Source: Gammaproteobacteria bacterium
GTDB taxonomy: Bacteria > Pseudomonadota > Gammaproteobacteria > CAJXQU01
Direction of reading: 5' to 3'
Assembly: GCA_965238175.1 (NCBI GenBank)
Contig: CBDEGZ010000003.1
Location: forward strand, 3,268,876-3,332,875
DNA: 64,000 bases
The translations under genes were made by a program, and so were the position numbers. The notes below the pieces were generated by a model. The model searched no databases. It was not told the origin of the DNA and saw nothing but the letters and a program-made list of their open reading frames with translations. Positions 22,597 to 32,766 of the stretch are shown here, piece by piece (the stretch's first letter is position 1; the number at the start of each line of letters is the position of its first letter).

Positions 22597-22733
22597 CATT
22601 ACATATTCCCTCTTACTAATCAATTGAAGGACGAGTGGTTTGACGAAAAACCCTCGAACTTGTAACTTGGATATAAAATAATATATTGGTATACTTATCT
22701 GCTGTTTTATGTCTTTTTCATGAGGAAACCCTA

Positions 22734-23021
22734 ATGGCTCGAGTTACTATTGAAGATTGTTTACCGCTTGTTGGCAACCGTTTTGACCTTGTTTTACTAG
22801 CCAGTAAACGCGCTCGACAGATCGCCATGGGTTCTCCCACTTTAATTGACGAAGAAAAGGATAAACCAACTGTTATCGCCTTGCGCGAAATTGCGGCTGG
22901 ATTGATCAACATGGAAAAAGTCGATGCTATCGATGCAAAAGAGAAACTAGACGAAGAAATGGAAGCTCTTGGAGAAGAAGCGGAAGCATTATTTCCTACC
23001 GAGGAAAATAATCCTCGTTGA
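22734..23021 (+). CDS. rpoZ: RNA polymerase omega subunit
   Basis: MARVTIEDC...[16 protein letters not shown]...[12 protein letters not shown]; ATG at 22734 after GAGGA. Confidence 0.97.
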   Translation: MARVTIEDCLPLVGNRFDLVLLASKRARQIAMGSPTLIDEEKDKPTVIALREIAAGLINMEKVDAIDAKEKLDEEMEALGEEAEALFPTEENNPR

Positions 23022-23080
23022 TTTCCAAAAATCGAACATTGGATGTTCAGTAACACTCAACTCTAGGTTATGCTCTGGTC

Positions 23081-25204
23081 ATGTACGGAATCAATGACCT
23101 TTGCGAATTATCCGCAACTTATCTCAAACCTGAACAAGTAGAAACTATACGTCGCTCGTATGAATACGGGGCGGCTGCACATGAAGGCCAGGCACGTGCA
23201 AGTGGTGAGCCCTATATTCAACACCCTTTACATGTGTCGACGATACTCGCAAATATGCATATGGATCATGAAACATTGATCGCCGCAATATTGCATGATG
23301 TACTCGAAGATACCTCCATATCAAAAGAAGATTTAAGTACCGAGTTTGGATCAGAGGTTGCGGAAATTGTCGACGGTGTTAGCAAGTTAACCCATCTTGA
23401 ATTCGAAAGTCAGGCAGAAAAACAAGCTGAAAACTTCCGAAAAATGATGATGGCAATGTCGAGTGATATTCGCGTCATTTTAGTTAAGTTAGCTGATCGA
23501 ACACATAACATGCAGACGTTAAAAGCGTTGAGTTATGAAAAACGTCGTAGAATCGCCAAAGAAACACTAGATATCTATGCCCCAATCGCACAACGACTTG
23601 GAATGAACAACGTAAGGTTAGAGCTTGAAGAGCTTGGTTTTTCAACTCTCTACCCGAAGCGTTATGAGGTCCTCACTAAGGAGATAAAAAAAGCACGGGG
23701 TAATCGCAAAGAAATCGTCAAAAAAAATAAAAATGCCATACAGCGCCGCTTACGACAGGAAAAACTTTCAGGCGAAGTTTTGGGTCGAGAAAAGCATGTT
23801 TATAGTTTGTACAAAAAAATGCGCGATAACCATCTTTCCTTTAATGAAGTATTCGATGTTTATGGTTTTCGTATCATCGTTGATAGTGTTGATATGTGCT
23901 ATCGAATTTTAGGCGCAGTTCACAACTTATTTAAACCGGTTCCCGGAAAGTTTAAAGACTATATTGCCATTCCTAAATCTAATGGCTATCAATCTTTACA
24001 TACCGTTCTATTCGGCCCACACGCCGTTCCAATTGAAGTTCAAATCCGCACACAAGAAATGAATGATGTTGCCAAAGTCGGTATCGCTGCACATTGGCTA
24101 TACAAAACCAGTGGCAGTGCAGCAAACAATGCCAATAAACGTGCTCGTGACTGGTTAAAACGCATTTTAGAAATGCAACAGCAGGCTGGTGATTCAGAAG
24201 AGTTTCTCGAGAATGTGAAAGTTGATCTATTTCCAGACGAGATATATGTGTTTACACCTGCGGGGGAAATTCTTGAACTCCCACGCGGAGCCACAGCTGT
24301 AGATTTTGCTTATGCCATACATACTGATATTGGAGATGGTTGTGTAACAGCAAGAATCAACCGACGTTTGGCACCTTTGAAAGCCGAACTTGAAACAGGA
24401 CAAACAGTTGAGATTGTCACCGCTCCTGGAGCCAAACCAAACCCTGCCTGGCTAAACTTTGTTGTGACAGCAAAGGCACGTTCACAAATTCGTCATTTTT
24501 TGAAAAATCTCAAAGACGACGAAGCTAAATCACTTGGTCAACGCATGCTTAATCGTGAATTAGAGCGTTTCGATACTGAATTTGATCAAATTCCAAAAAC
24601 AAGACTAAACAATGTTTTAGAAGAATTTAGTTTAGAATTAACAGATGACTTATTAATCCAAATTGGCCTAGGAAATCGATTGGCTATAATTGTCGCACAA
24701 CACTTGGTTCCCGACAGTGCACCGAAAAAAACGAAAAGTGAAAAAGAAAATAAACTACCACTTGCCATCAAAGGTACTGAAGGCATGGTCCTTACTTTTC
24801 CGAAATGTTGTTACCCATTGCCCGGTGACGAAATCCTCGCTTATGTGTCAGCAGGTAGAGGGATCGTGATACATAGGAAAGCATGCAGCAATGTCGCTGA
24901 GTTCCGTAATCACCCAGAAAAATGGGTTGACGTTCATTGGGAAGATCAAGTCGATGGTGAGTATCGCGCTGAAATCCGGATCGAAAATTCAAATCAGCGA
25001 GGAGCCTTAGCGACCATCGCGTCTGCTATTTCTGGACAAAATGCAAGTATCGAAGATGTCACTATGTCAGACGGTGATGGAAAATACGTTGGAATTACAT
25101 TCATCATTACCGTTAAGGGCAGGCATCATCTTGCACAAGTGATCAAAGCAGTGCGCCCGCTTAAATCTGTTTCAAGAGTTTATCGCTCAGGTTGGTCAGG
25201 ATAG
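23081..25204 (+). CDS. spoT: Bifunctional (p)ppGpp synthetase/hydrolase
   Basis: AHEGQARASGEPYI.HP, intact HD motif (LHDVLED), KSNGYQSLHT, TGS and ACT domains; follows rpoZ. Confidence 0.97.
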   Translation: MYGINDLCELSATYLKPEQVETIRRSYEYGAAAHEGQARASGEPYIQHPLHVSTILANMHMDHETLIAAILHDVLEDTSISKEDLSTEFGSEVAEIVDGVSKLTHLEFESQAEKQAENFRKMMMAMSSDIRVILVKLADRTHNMQTLKALSYEKRRRIAKETLDIYAPIAQRLGMNNVRLELEELGFSTLYPKRYEVLTKEIKKARGNRKEIVKKNKNAIQRRLRQEKLSGEVLGREKHVYSLYKKMRDNHLSFNEVFDVYGFRIIVDSVDMCYRILGAVHNLFKPVPGKFKDYIAIPKSNGYQSLHTVLFGPHAVPIEVQIRTQEMNDVAKVGIAAHWLYKTSGSAANNANKRARDWLKRILEMQQQAGDSEEFLENVKVDLFPDEIYVFTPAGEILELPRGATAVDFAYAIHTDIGDGCVTARINRRLAPLKAELETGQTVEIVTAPGAKPNPAWLNFVVTAKARSQIRHFLKNLKDDEAKSLGQRMLNRELERFDTEFDQIPKTRLNNVLEEFSLELTDDLLIQIGLGNRLAIIVAQHLVPDSAPKKTKSEKENKLPLAIKGTEGMVLTFPKCCYPLPGDEILAYVSAGRGIVIHRKACSNVAEFRNHPEKWVDVHWEDQVDGEYRAEIRIENSNQRGALATIASAISGQNASIEDVTMSDGDGKYVGITFIITVKGRHHLAQVIKAVRPLKSVSRVYRSGWSG

Positions 25205-25215
25205 GAAAATACTGT

Positions 25216-25980
25216 TTATTGTTTTATCCCTGCCCCCTTGTTCAGAACCCACATTGCTATGTAAGTAAGCACCGTAATAAAAATTCCGATCACCACAAAA
25301 GCCGTTACGATTCCTATGTCGGAGCTACCAAGAATTCCGTAACGAAACGCGTTAACCATATACAAAATGGGATTAGCTAAAGAGGCCTGCCGCCAGAAAT
25401 CAGGTAATAAATTAATAGAGTAAAATACACCACCTAAATACGTCAGTGGTGTAAGGATAAAAACAGGAATGATTGATACATCATCAAAACTCTTAGCATA
25501 TGCCCCATTAATCAGCCCTCCTAATGCAAACAAAATTGAGGTGCAAAGGACGGTCAGGATGGTAATGAAAATAGAATGGATATGAAGTTGAGTGAAAAAT
25601 AAAGCAACGCAAGTGACGACTAAACCCACCATCAAACCGCGACTAACACCACCCGTAATATAACCCGCTAAAATGACCCAATTAGGCACGGGTGCGACCA
25701 ACATCTCTTCTAGATGTTTCTGAAATTTAGAACTGTAAAAAGATGAAACGACATTTGAGTAAGAATTCGTGATTACAGACATCATAATGATGCCAGGTGC
25801 GATGTATTGCATATAACTAACCCCGCCCATTTCACCAATACGCGCCCCGATCAAATTTCCAAAGATCAAAAAATACAACGTCATCGTGACTGCAGGTGGC
25901 AAGATCGTTTGAGGCCAAATCCGTAAAAATCGCGAAACTTCCTTATAAACAATCGTCTTGTAGGCAATCCAATATTTCAC
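25216..25980 (-). CDS. yadH: ABC-2 transporter permease (YadH-like)
   Basis: RIWPQTILPP, YSNVVSSF, TPLTYLGGVFYS, NPILYMVNAFRYG. Confidence 0.9.
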   Translation of the reverse strand: MKYWIAYKTIVYKEVSRFLRIWPQTILPPAVTMTLYFLIFGNLIGARIGEMGGVSYMQYIAPGIIMMSVITNSYSNVVSSFYSSKFQKHLEEMLVAPVPNWVILAGYITGGVSRGLMVGLVVTCVALFFTQLHIHSIFITILTVLCTSILFALGGLINGAYAKSFDDVSIIPVFILTPLTYLGGVFYSINLLPDFWRQASLANPILYMVNAFRYGILGSSDIGIVTAFVVIGIFITVLTYIAMWVLNKGAGIKQ

Positions 25981-25981
25981 G

Positions 25982-26893
25982 CTAGCCCTTCTCCAATAAA
26001 CGCAAAAACAATTCTTCGAGGCGATTCGATTTATTCCTCATACTGCTGATCTCAATTCCAAGATCTGTCAGGTGATAAAATAATTTGTTGATCGACTGAT
26101 GCTTTTCTATTTCCACTTCCATTGTGACCTCATCGCAGAGTTTAATTTGATAGCCTTCAATTTTGGGTAACTCCTTAAGCGCTGATACAACATCAAGTAC
26201 GATCGTTTCGACATGAAGTTGTCCGAGTAGCGACTTCATCGATGTGTTTTTAATAATCGAACCTTGATCAATAATTGCGATATTACGACAGAGGCTTTCC
26301 GCCTCCTCAAGATAATGAGTCGTCAAAATTATCGTAATTCCTTGAGCGTTAATTTCTTGCAAAAAATCCCACATTGAGCGACGCAACTCAATATCAACAC
26401 CAGCGGTTGGTTCATCAAGAATAAGTAATTTAGGCTTGTGGACTAGCGCTCTTGCGATCATTAATCGACGTTTCATACCGCCTGATAAAGTTCGAGCGGC
26501 ATCGTGGCGTTTTTCCCATAAACCGAGCTGTTTGAGATATTTTTCCGCACGTTGTAACGCAAGTGGACGCTCAATGCCATAAAAACCACCTTGATTAACC
26601 ACAATTTGTTCGGGCGTTTCAAACTGGGAAAAATTGATCTCCTGTGGGACAAGACCAATAAACGATTTAGCTGTCTCTATATCCTGATCAATTTTGATAC
26701 CGAAAATCTCTACCTCCCCTTCTGTCTTATTTACCAATGATGAAACTATTCCAATAAGGGTCGATTTACCTGCACCATTGGGACCTAAAAGCGCAAAAAA
26801 ATCGCCCTCTTCTACACTTAGGTCAATTCCCTTAAGTGCTTCAAAACCATTCATGTAGGTCTTTTTCAGATTAGTAAGCTTTAGTGCCTTCAT
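25982..26893 (-). CDS. yadG: ABC transporter ATP-binding protein (YadG-like)
   Basis: GPNGAGKST, LSGGMKRR, LILDEPTAGVD, SMRNKSNRLEELF. Confidence 0.92.
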   Translation of the reverse strand: MKALKLTNLKKTYMNGFEALKGIDLSVEEGDFFALLGPNGAGKSTLIGIVSSLVNKTEGEVEIFGIKIDQDIETAKSFIGLVPQEINFSQFETPEQIVVNQGGFYGIERPLALQRAEKYLKQLGLWEKRHDAARTLSGGMKRRLMIARALVHKPKLLILDEPTAGVDIELRRSMWDFLQEINAQGITIILTTHYLEEAESLCRNIAIIDQGSIIKNTSMKSLLGQLHVETIVLDVVSALKELPKIEGYQIKLCDEVTMEVEIEKHQSINKLFYHLTDLGIEISSMRNKSNRLEELFLRLLEKG

Positions 26894-26981
26894 TGATTTG
26901 AGGTTTAGTTTTCTCGTTCTGTCAAAACGTGGAATTGTACTATATGATCATCCCCCTCTCGCCAAAAAATAATTTTTATAA

Positions 26982-28781
26982 ATGGAACATAATCTCAATC
27001 TGCTACTGATATTGATTGCTGTGCTCGGTATCAGTGTTCAATGGATTGCATGGCGATTCAAAATTCCGGCAATTATTTTATTAACGATTGCGGGTTTAAT
27101 TGTTGGACCAGGTTTAGGTTTGTTGAATCCTTCAACTGATTTTGGTCACCTGTTGAATCCTATTATTCAGTTAGGCGTTGCCGTAATCTTGTTCGAAGGT
27201 GGGCTTAATCTACATCTGCACGAACTTAAAGAAGCCGGCTCAGGTGTTAAACGTATGTGCACGATTGGTGTTGTTCTCAGCTGGGCACTCGGTAGTCTGG
27301 GCGCTTATTACATAGGTGTTTTATCCTGGCCGGTGTCACTCATTTTCGGTGCTATCGTCGTAGTTACCGGGCCTACCGTTATTATTCCTTTGTTAAGACA
27401 AGCCAAATTACGTAGAAGTACAGCTTCATTATTGAAGTGGGAAGGAATTATTAATGACCCTACGGGTGCCCTGATAGCCGTTTTGGTGTTTGGATATTTC
27501 GTACATGCCGGAAGCGGAGAGGCAATTAACCAGGTCATTGCCGGCGTAACATGGACATTATTGGCAGGCGTTATTCTCGGTGCTGGTGTTGGATTCTTTC
27601 TCGGTTATGCATTCAAGCAAGCCTTTGTACCAGAATTCTTAAAAGCACCGGTGATCTTATCTGCCGTAATGTTGGTCTTTGGTGGCGCCAATCTTCTACA
27701 AGAAGAGGCAGGCTTATTATCTGCGACCGTTCTTGGTCTCGTCATGGGAAACCAAAATCTCCCCAGCATGAATGAAATGCGCCGACATAAAGAATATATC
27801 ACCATATTTCTGGTTTCCGGTCTTTTTATTCTCCTGACTGCCGATCTTGATCCCTATTTGCTAAAACAACTCAACTGGCGAAGTGCCGCCCTGATTGCAT
27901 TTGTTATTTTTATCGCTCGGCCCGTCACAGTACTTCTCTCTTTATGGGGATCAGATGTGGAATTAAAAGAAAGACTACTGGTCGCCTGGATTGCACCTCG
28001 AGGGATTGTGGCGGCAGCTGTCGCGGGTGCCTTCGCACCTGCATTGGTAGAAAAAGGGTTTTATGATGCAAATCAACTGGTTCCGTTGATCTTTTCTTTA
28101 ATCGTTTGTACCGTTGTTTTACATGGCCTAAGCATTGGTTGGTTAGCACGAAAACTTGATCTAGCTTTTGCTAAAAGTAATGGTTTGATGATTGTAGGGG
28201 CATCACCATGGAGTATTAATTTGGCGACGATACTACAAGAACTAGACCAGTCTGTGGTAATTGTCGACGCTTCCTGGCATCGCTTACGCCCAGCCCGCCT
28301 CGCCGGTGTTCCAGTTTATTTTGGGCAGATCCTTTCCGAAAGTGCCGAGCAATCCATCGAATTCAACCAAATTGCATATTTATTAGCAGCCACAGACAAT
28401 GATTCTTTTAATGCACTCGTTTGTACTCGCTTTGGCCCTGAACTTGGCCGTAGCCACGTTTTCCAACTTCCATCAATTGCCGATGTTGACCCAAATGGCT
28501 TTAGCCCTTCAATTCGTGGCCACATTTTAGGTGATGAAGTTTTTTATGAAGATTTGATCAGGAGATACTTTTTTGGTTGGCGCTTCAACAAGACACGCAT
28601 TACTGAAGAGTATGATTATGAAAGTTGTGTTGCTAACTACCATGATGACGCAATGGAAATTGCTATCATAAAACCCGATGGAACTCTAATCTTTAGAAGT
28701 GCTGAAAAGAAACATAAACCAAAGGCCGGGGATACGGTTATTGTTTTTCAGCCAGAAAAAGAAACCACAGAAAATGGTTGA
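26982..28781 (+). CDS. CPA1-family Na+(K+)/H+ antiporter with C-terminal TrkA-N-like domain
   Basis: LFEGGL, VTGPTVI.PLL, WEGIINDP, WIAPRGIVAAAV; C-terminal Rossmann-like MIVGAS...LLAATDND. Confidence 0.88.
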   Translation: MEHNLNLLLILIAVLGISVQWIAWRFKIPAIILLTIAGLIVGPGLGLLNPSTDFGHLLNPIIQLGVAVILFEGGLNLHLHELKEAGSGVKRMCTIGVVLSWALGSLGAYYIGVLSWPVSLIFGAIVVVTGPTVIIPLLRQAKLRRSTASLLKWEGIINDPTGALIAVLVFGYFVHAGSGEAINQVIAGVTWTLLAGVILGAGVGFFLGYAFKQAFVPEFLKAPVILSAVMLVFGGANLLQEEAGLLSATVLGLVMGNQNLPSMNEMRRHKEYITIFLVSGLFILLTADLDPYLLKQLNWRSAALIAFVIFIARPVTVLLSLWGSDVELKERLLVAWIAPRGIVAAAVAGAFAPALVEKGFYDANQLVPLIFSLIVCTVVLHGLSIGWLARKLDLAFAKSNGLMIVGASPWSINLATILQELDQSVVIVDASWHRLRPARLAGVPVYFGQILSESAEQSIEFNQIAYLLAATDNDSFNALVCTRFGPELGRSHVFQLPSIADVDPNGFSPSIRGHILGDEVFYEDLIRRYFFGWRFNKTRITEEYDYESCVANYHDDAMEIAIIKPDGTLIFRSAEKKHKPKAGDTVIVFQPEKETTENG

Positions 28782-28786
28782 TTATC

Positions 28787-30012
28787 TGTAGAAGTTTAGA
28801 CCCAATCTGACACATCACTAAATCAAGCGGAGCGTAGCGACGCTTGATTTAGTGAGAGTTACCCGCTTTGATGTAACTGCAACGTAAACATCAAAACACA
28901 AAGAGGTAACTCTCATGATTCATACTAATGACAAAGTTATAAAACATAAAGTTGGTCTACTCAATCTCGCTGAAGAACTCGGCAATGTCTCAAAAGCCTG
29001 CAAGATGATGGGTTTGTCCAGAGATACATTTTATCGCTACAAAGAAGCGGCTGATGAAGGCGGTGTAGAAGCCTTGTTTGATCGTAATCGGCGTACCCCA
29101 AATCTTAAAAACAGAATCGACCCGGCTATTGAAACCGTTGTGCTCGAGTATGCACTGGAAGAGCCCGCACATGGTCAAACGCGCACCAGTAACGAGCTGC
29201 GCAAACGGGGAACATTTGTCTCACCCAGTGGCGTTCGTTGTATCTGGCTTCGTCATGGTCTTGCTTGCTTTAAAGATCGCCTGAAGGCATTGTCTGATAA
29301 GGTAGCTGGTGAAGGCTTGATCCTCACTGAGTCTCAAGTCGCGGCGATGGAACGCAAGAAAGACGACGATGAGGCTTGTGGCGAGATAGAGACGGCACAC
29401 CCTGGTTATCTTGGCTCGCAAGATACTTACTATGTCGGTACTTTCAAAGGCATTGGTCGGGTTTATCAACAAACGTTTGTTGATACTTACAGCAAGGTCG
29501 CTCACGCGAAACTGTACCCGACTAAAACACCGATTACGGCAGCTGACATGCTCAATGACCGCGTCCTCCCATTCTACGAAGAACAACGTTTGCCTATGTT
29601 GCGCATTTTGACAGATAGAGGGACGGAGTATTGTGGGCGAGCTGACCAGCATGATTATCAGCTTTATATGGCGTTGAACAATATCGAACACACCAAAACC
29701 AAGGTCAAATCACCTCAGACGAATGGTATTTGTGAGCGATTCCATAAGACGATCCTCAATGAGTTTTATCAAGTCGCTTTGCGTAAGAAAATTTACCAAT
29801 CGATTGATGAACTGCAACTCGACCTTGACGAATGGTTGCTCAAATACAATACTCAACGAACTCACCAAGGCAAAATGTGCTGCGGGAGGACGCCGATGGA
29901 AACACTCATCGACGGACAAGCTATCTGGAAGGAAAAGTTTGTGAATTAAACTTAACCTGACAGTCGGTTACTGATAATTGGGTAACTGTCAGATCAAATC
30001 TGAATTTCTACA
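28787..30012 (+). mobile_element. IS481-family element, copy 1 (1226 bp, 7-bp TSD GATTATC)
   Basis: Ends TGTAGAAGTTTAGA...TCTGAATTTCTACA; GATTATC at 28780-28786 and 30013-30019. Confidence 0.95.
28915..29949 (+). CDS. IS481-family transposase
   Basis: N-terminal HTH (GNVSKACKMMGLSRDTFYR); DDE core SQDT...LTDRGTEY...PQTNGICERFH. Confidence 0.95.
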   Translation: MIHTNDKVIKHKVGLLNLAEELGNVSKACKMMGLSRDTFYRYKEAADEGGVEALFDRNRRTPNLKNRIDPAIETVVLEYALEEPAHGQTRTSNELRKRGTFVSPSGVRCIWLRHGLACFKDRLKALSDKVAGEGLILTESQVAAMERKKDDDEACGEIETAHPGYLGSQDTYYVGTFKGIGRVYQQTFVDTYSKVAHAKLYPTKTPITAADMLNDRVLPFYEEQRLPMLRILTDRGTEYCGRADQHDYQLYMALNNIEHTKTKVKSPQTNGICERFHKTILNEFYQVALRKKIYQSIDELQLDLDEWLLKYNTQRTHQGKMCCGRTPMETLIDGQAIWKEKFVN

Positions 30013-30021
30013 GATTATCGA

Positions 30022-31584
30022 TCACCTGGAGACTGTCTCAACCAGATCAGATTCGCTACGGCAAATATTCCTGCCCATATTTTTCGCTAAATACAGCGCT
30101 TCATCAGCTCTAGAAAAAACACTTTCCTCCTCATCATCATTATGAAATCCCGCAACACCTATCGAAATCGTCACAGGGACTTCTTTCCCTTGATATCGGA
30201 ATACACATTCTTCAACTTCGTGTCGTAATTTATCCGCAATCACCATAGCTTCTTCAAGAGAAGTTGCAGGCATAATCATTACGAATTCTTCTCCACCATA
30301 TCTTGCCAGGAAATCTGTCCGTCGGATCCCACGTTTAAAAGTGCCTGTGAGTCCTCGTAGAACTTTATCACCTACAACATGGCCATAATTGTCGTTAATC
30401 AACTTAAATTTATCCAGATCAAAAATCATTAAACTCAGTTGACCTCCATGTCGTCTCCAACGATCCATTTCTATACTAATTCTTTCTTCATAAGCACGTC
30501 TATTACCAATAGAGGTTAGTGCGTCAGTTAATGACCTTGCTTGTTCTTTCTCAACTGACTTTCTAAGTACTTTGGTTTCCATCTGAAGTTCATCTAGTTT
30601 CGAATTTAATATCCCTAGAGTTTTATCAGCATCACTCATACGCTCTTTTTCATTTTCCACATAATCAGCAATATTTTGATTGAGGAAATCAAGATGTGAC
30701 TCAATATTGTATTTTAATGCCTTTATCGATCCTATATTCTCCATGCCTTCACGTATTTCGACAAATTGCTCATTTAGGTTTTGGCTGAAAGTCAGAGAAT
30801 CGCTAAACTTATCACTATTAATTAAATCACTTTGATCAAGATAACCATGCAATTTTTCTAAACGTTCAGTGGTTCCCTTCAAAAAATCAGCAATTCCTTC
30901 CAAACTCGCATCGCGTGCTGTCGATTCATTGATCAAATCTGCAACTAACTCATGAGCTTCTTTCTTTTTCTCCGGTACAACCTTGCCTGTCAAAATTGAC
31001 TTAGTATGGTTCATCTTCGACAATTGCTCTTTTCCAAATGAAACTTTCTCAAGCAATCGGAGTAATTGATAATTACTTGATGCGGCTCCTGATGTAAGTT
31101 GGTTCGAAGTGAAATTACAATATTTAGAAATAAGTGATGAGGCTTCTTCTATAAGTTCATCAAACTCCTCTTCAGTATGCGTCTCTTTAGCCTTACCAAA
31201 AAGCACTTCTACTTCGGCTGGAATTTCAAACTCTGAAGAATCATTAGAGACTACTTCATTGCCAACACCCGATCTTTCAAAAATCGGACTCTCGGATTGA
31301 GAATTGTTTTTATCTAGTTTGGCGTTATCTATTACATTAAGCCGAGTAACCCAACTAATTACTTCAAGAAGAAGGTTATCTTCTACTAGAATATCTTTTT
31401 CATTATTACGAACGGTACTGGTGATCTGACGAAGCAACTTATCAAACTTGTCATTTCTGCCGATATAAGCAAGTGCCAATCGTAAGATGCCTTTTTGCAG
31501 GACAACAAGCTGCCTCTCAAGTCGTGTCTGCTCGACTTTACAGTTTTGATACAGTTGCTTCCAGTCAGTACTACTATCCAACAC
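30022..31584 (-). CDS. Diguanylate cyclase
   Basis: TDALTSIGNRR, DLDKFK.INDNYGH..GD, RxxD I-site (RRTD), ARYGGEEF; long helical N-terminus. Confidence 0.93.
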   Translation of the reverse strand: MLDSSTDWKQLYQNCKVEQTRLERQLVVLQKGILRLALAYIGRNDKFDKLLRQITSTVRNNEKDILVEDNLLLEVISWVTRLNVIDNAKLDKNNSQSESPIFERSGVGNEVVSNDSSEFEIPAEVEVLFGKAKETHTEEEFDELIEEASSLISKYCNFTSNQLTSGAASSNYQLLRLLEKVSFGKEQLSKMNHTKSILTGKVVPEKKKEAHELVADLINESTARDASLEGIADFLKGTTERLEKLHGYLDQSDLINSDKFSDSLTFSQNLNEQFVEIREGMENIGSIKALKYNIESHLDFLNQNIADYVENEKERMSDADKTLGILNSKLDELQMETKVLRKSVEKEQARSLTDALTSIGNRRAYEERISIEMDRWRRHGGQLSLMIFDLDKFKLINDNYGHVVGDKVLRGLTGTFKRGIRRTDFLARYGGEEFVMIMPATSLEEAMVIADKLRHEVEECVFRYQGKEVPVTISIGVAGFHNDDEEESVFSRADEALYLAKNMGRNICRSESDLVETVSR

Positions 31585-32622
31585 CTATATTTCCTATACT
31601 TCAAATTTGTTCTAAATTCAAAGTAGCAGAAAACATGATCATTTAATTTCCGGCTACTTTCTTCCTCTCTTTATCGACCAATGCATCAACAACCTTTAGA
31701 AGCTCAGGAAAAGATCCAACCAAACTGCCTGAAGTCTAATATTTGCCATTCACAGTAACTGCAAGGACACCGCGAATACCATAGGCTCTGCTCAAACGCA
31801 TCGACAAAATCAAGTATCGCTTCATCCGAAAATAGTTTTCGTTGATCCTGGTACATAACACCGAATAAGGGGTATGGATTTTATCTAAAACGCCGAGTTT
31901 TTGGGCTGTATAGAAAGCTTTTGTATGAGGTACCCAGTTTTGTCTGAACACTCCAGGCATGCAGATCAGGTTCAAAGTGATAACAATGTGGACAGCCGTA
32001 CCAAAAGATTTCCAACACTTCTACTTTATCGCCTGATTGAGTCGGCTGCGCTGGCGTCACCAACTCATAATTATGACTAGCGAGTAGAGTCACACCCTCT
32101 GCTCAACAGCGGAAGTGATGAGTGTTTTTCATCGATTACCCTCAATTTATTAAAAAAATACAACAACGTAGTACCAGCATGAAACCCAAACGTAAAATAG
32201 CATTGATGGATAAAAAGTTACTGTCCAAGATTATTGAGGGAATTTAAATGCTCTTGTTCTGCAAGATTTAAGTCTCCACAATCCCAAATTCTGGAGAATC
32301 TCAATGCTTCCGTGTACCTTATGGGGGAGTTCCATTTGCTTGGGGGGTAAATGACAAATCTGCTTAGTCCACTACTATTAGAAGCGCTAATGGTATTTCT
32401 ACTCGTTCTCATTCTTTGGCTGGTTTTTAGATCGATACAACAACTTCGCGATCATGATCGACTATTGCGTATCGACACCCATATGGATGACCTGCAAAAT
32501 CATCTCGATTCACTTGAACAATTAATGATCCGCCTGCAGACCGATCAAATTCAGGCCTCAAGCGTGACTCGAGAACAAATGATGGATCGCCTGGCCGATA
32601 GCAATGTAAGACTACAAGGATC
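31484..32622. repeat. Direct repeat copy A (DGC 5' end - dsbA pseudogene - rmuC 5' end)
   Basis: Aligns by eye with 34072-35321 from AAGATGCCTTTTTGCA to CTACAAGGATC. Confidence 0.92.
31736..32132 (-). pseudogene. dsbA: dsbA pseudogene, copy A
   Basis: Fragments [32 protein letters not shown] and YGIRGV...VNGKY lie in different frames; signal peptide destroyed; extra ~79-bp deletion relative to copy B. Confidence 0.85.
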
Positions 32623-32635
32623 TTTTCTGGGGTAA
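32351..32635 (+). pseudogene. rmuC: Truncated 5' duplicate of rmuC
   Basis: Protein identical to the N-terminus of 35050-36411 up to ...VRLQGS, then stops. Confidence 0.9.
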
Positions 32636-32681
32636 CTCGATAAAATGTCCTTTACTCGGTACTTACGTAAATCGGAGTTAC

Positions 32682-32712
32682 AAAAAAGAGCCAAGCGTCT
32701 CCGCTTGGCTCT
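32682..32712 (-). terminator. Intrinsic terminator of the LPMO gene
   Basis: AGAGCCAAGCG-loop-CGCTTGGCTCT followed by a T-run on the minus strand. Confidence 0.8.
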
Positions 32713-32766
32713 ATTCATCTGCAACAATTGAAGTTCAGATAAAATTAAGATAACCGTAAATATCTT

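Noticed and set aside
32629-32684. GTAACTCGAT...ATCGGAGTTAC inverted repeat at the left LPMO junction as a possible attC
   Set aside because: No convincing L boxes or matching core site at the other end of the LPMO gene; left unassigned.
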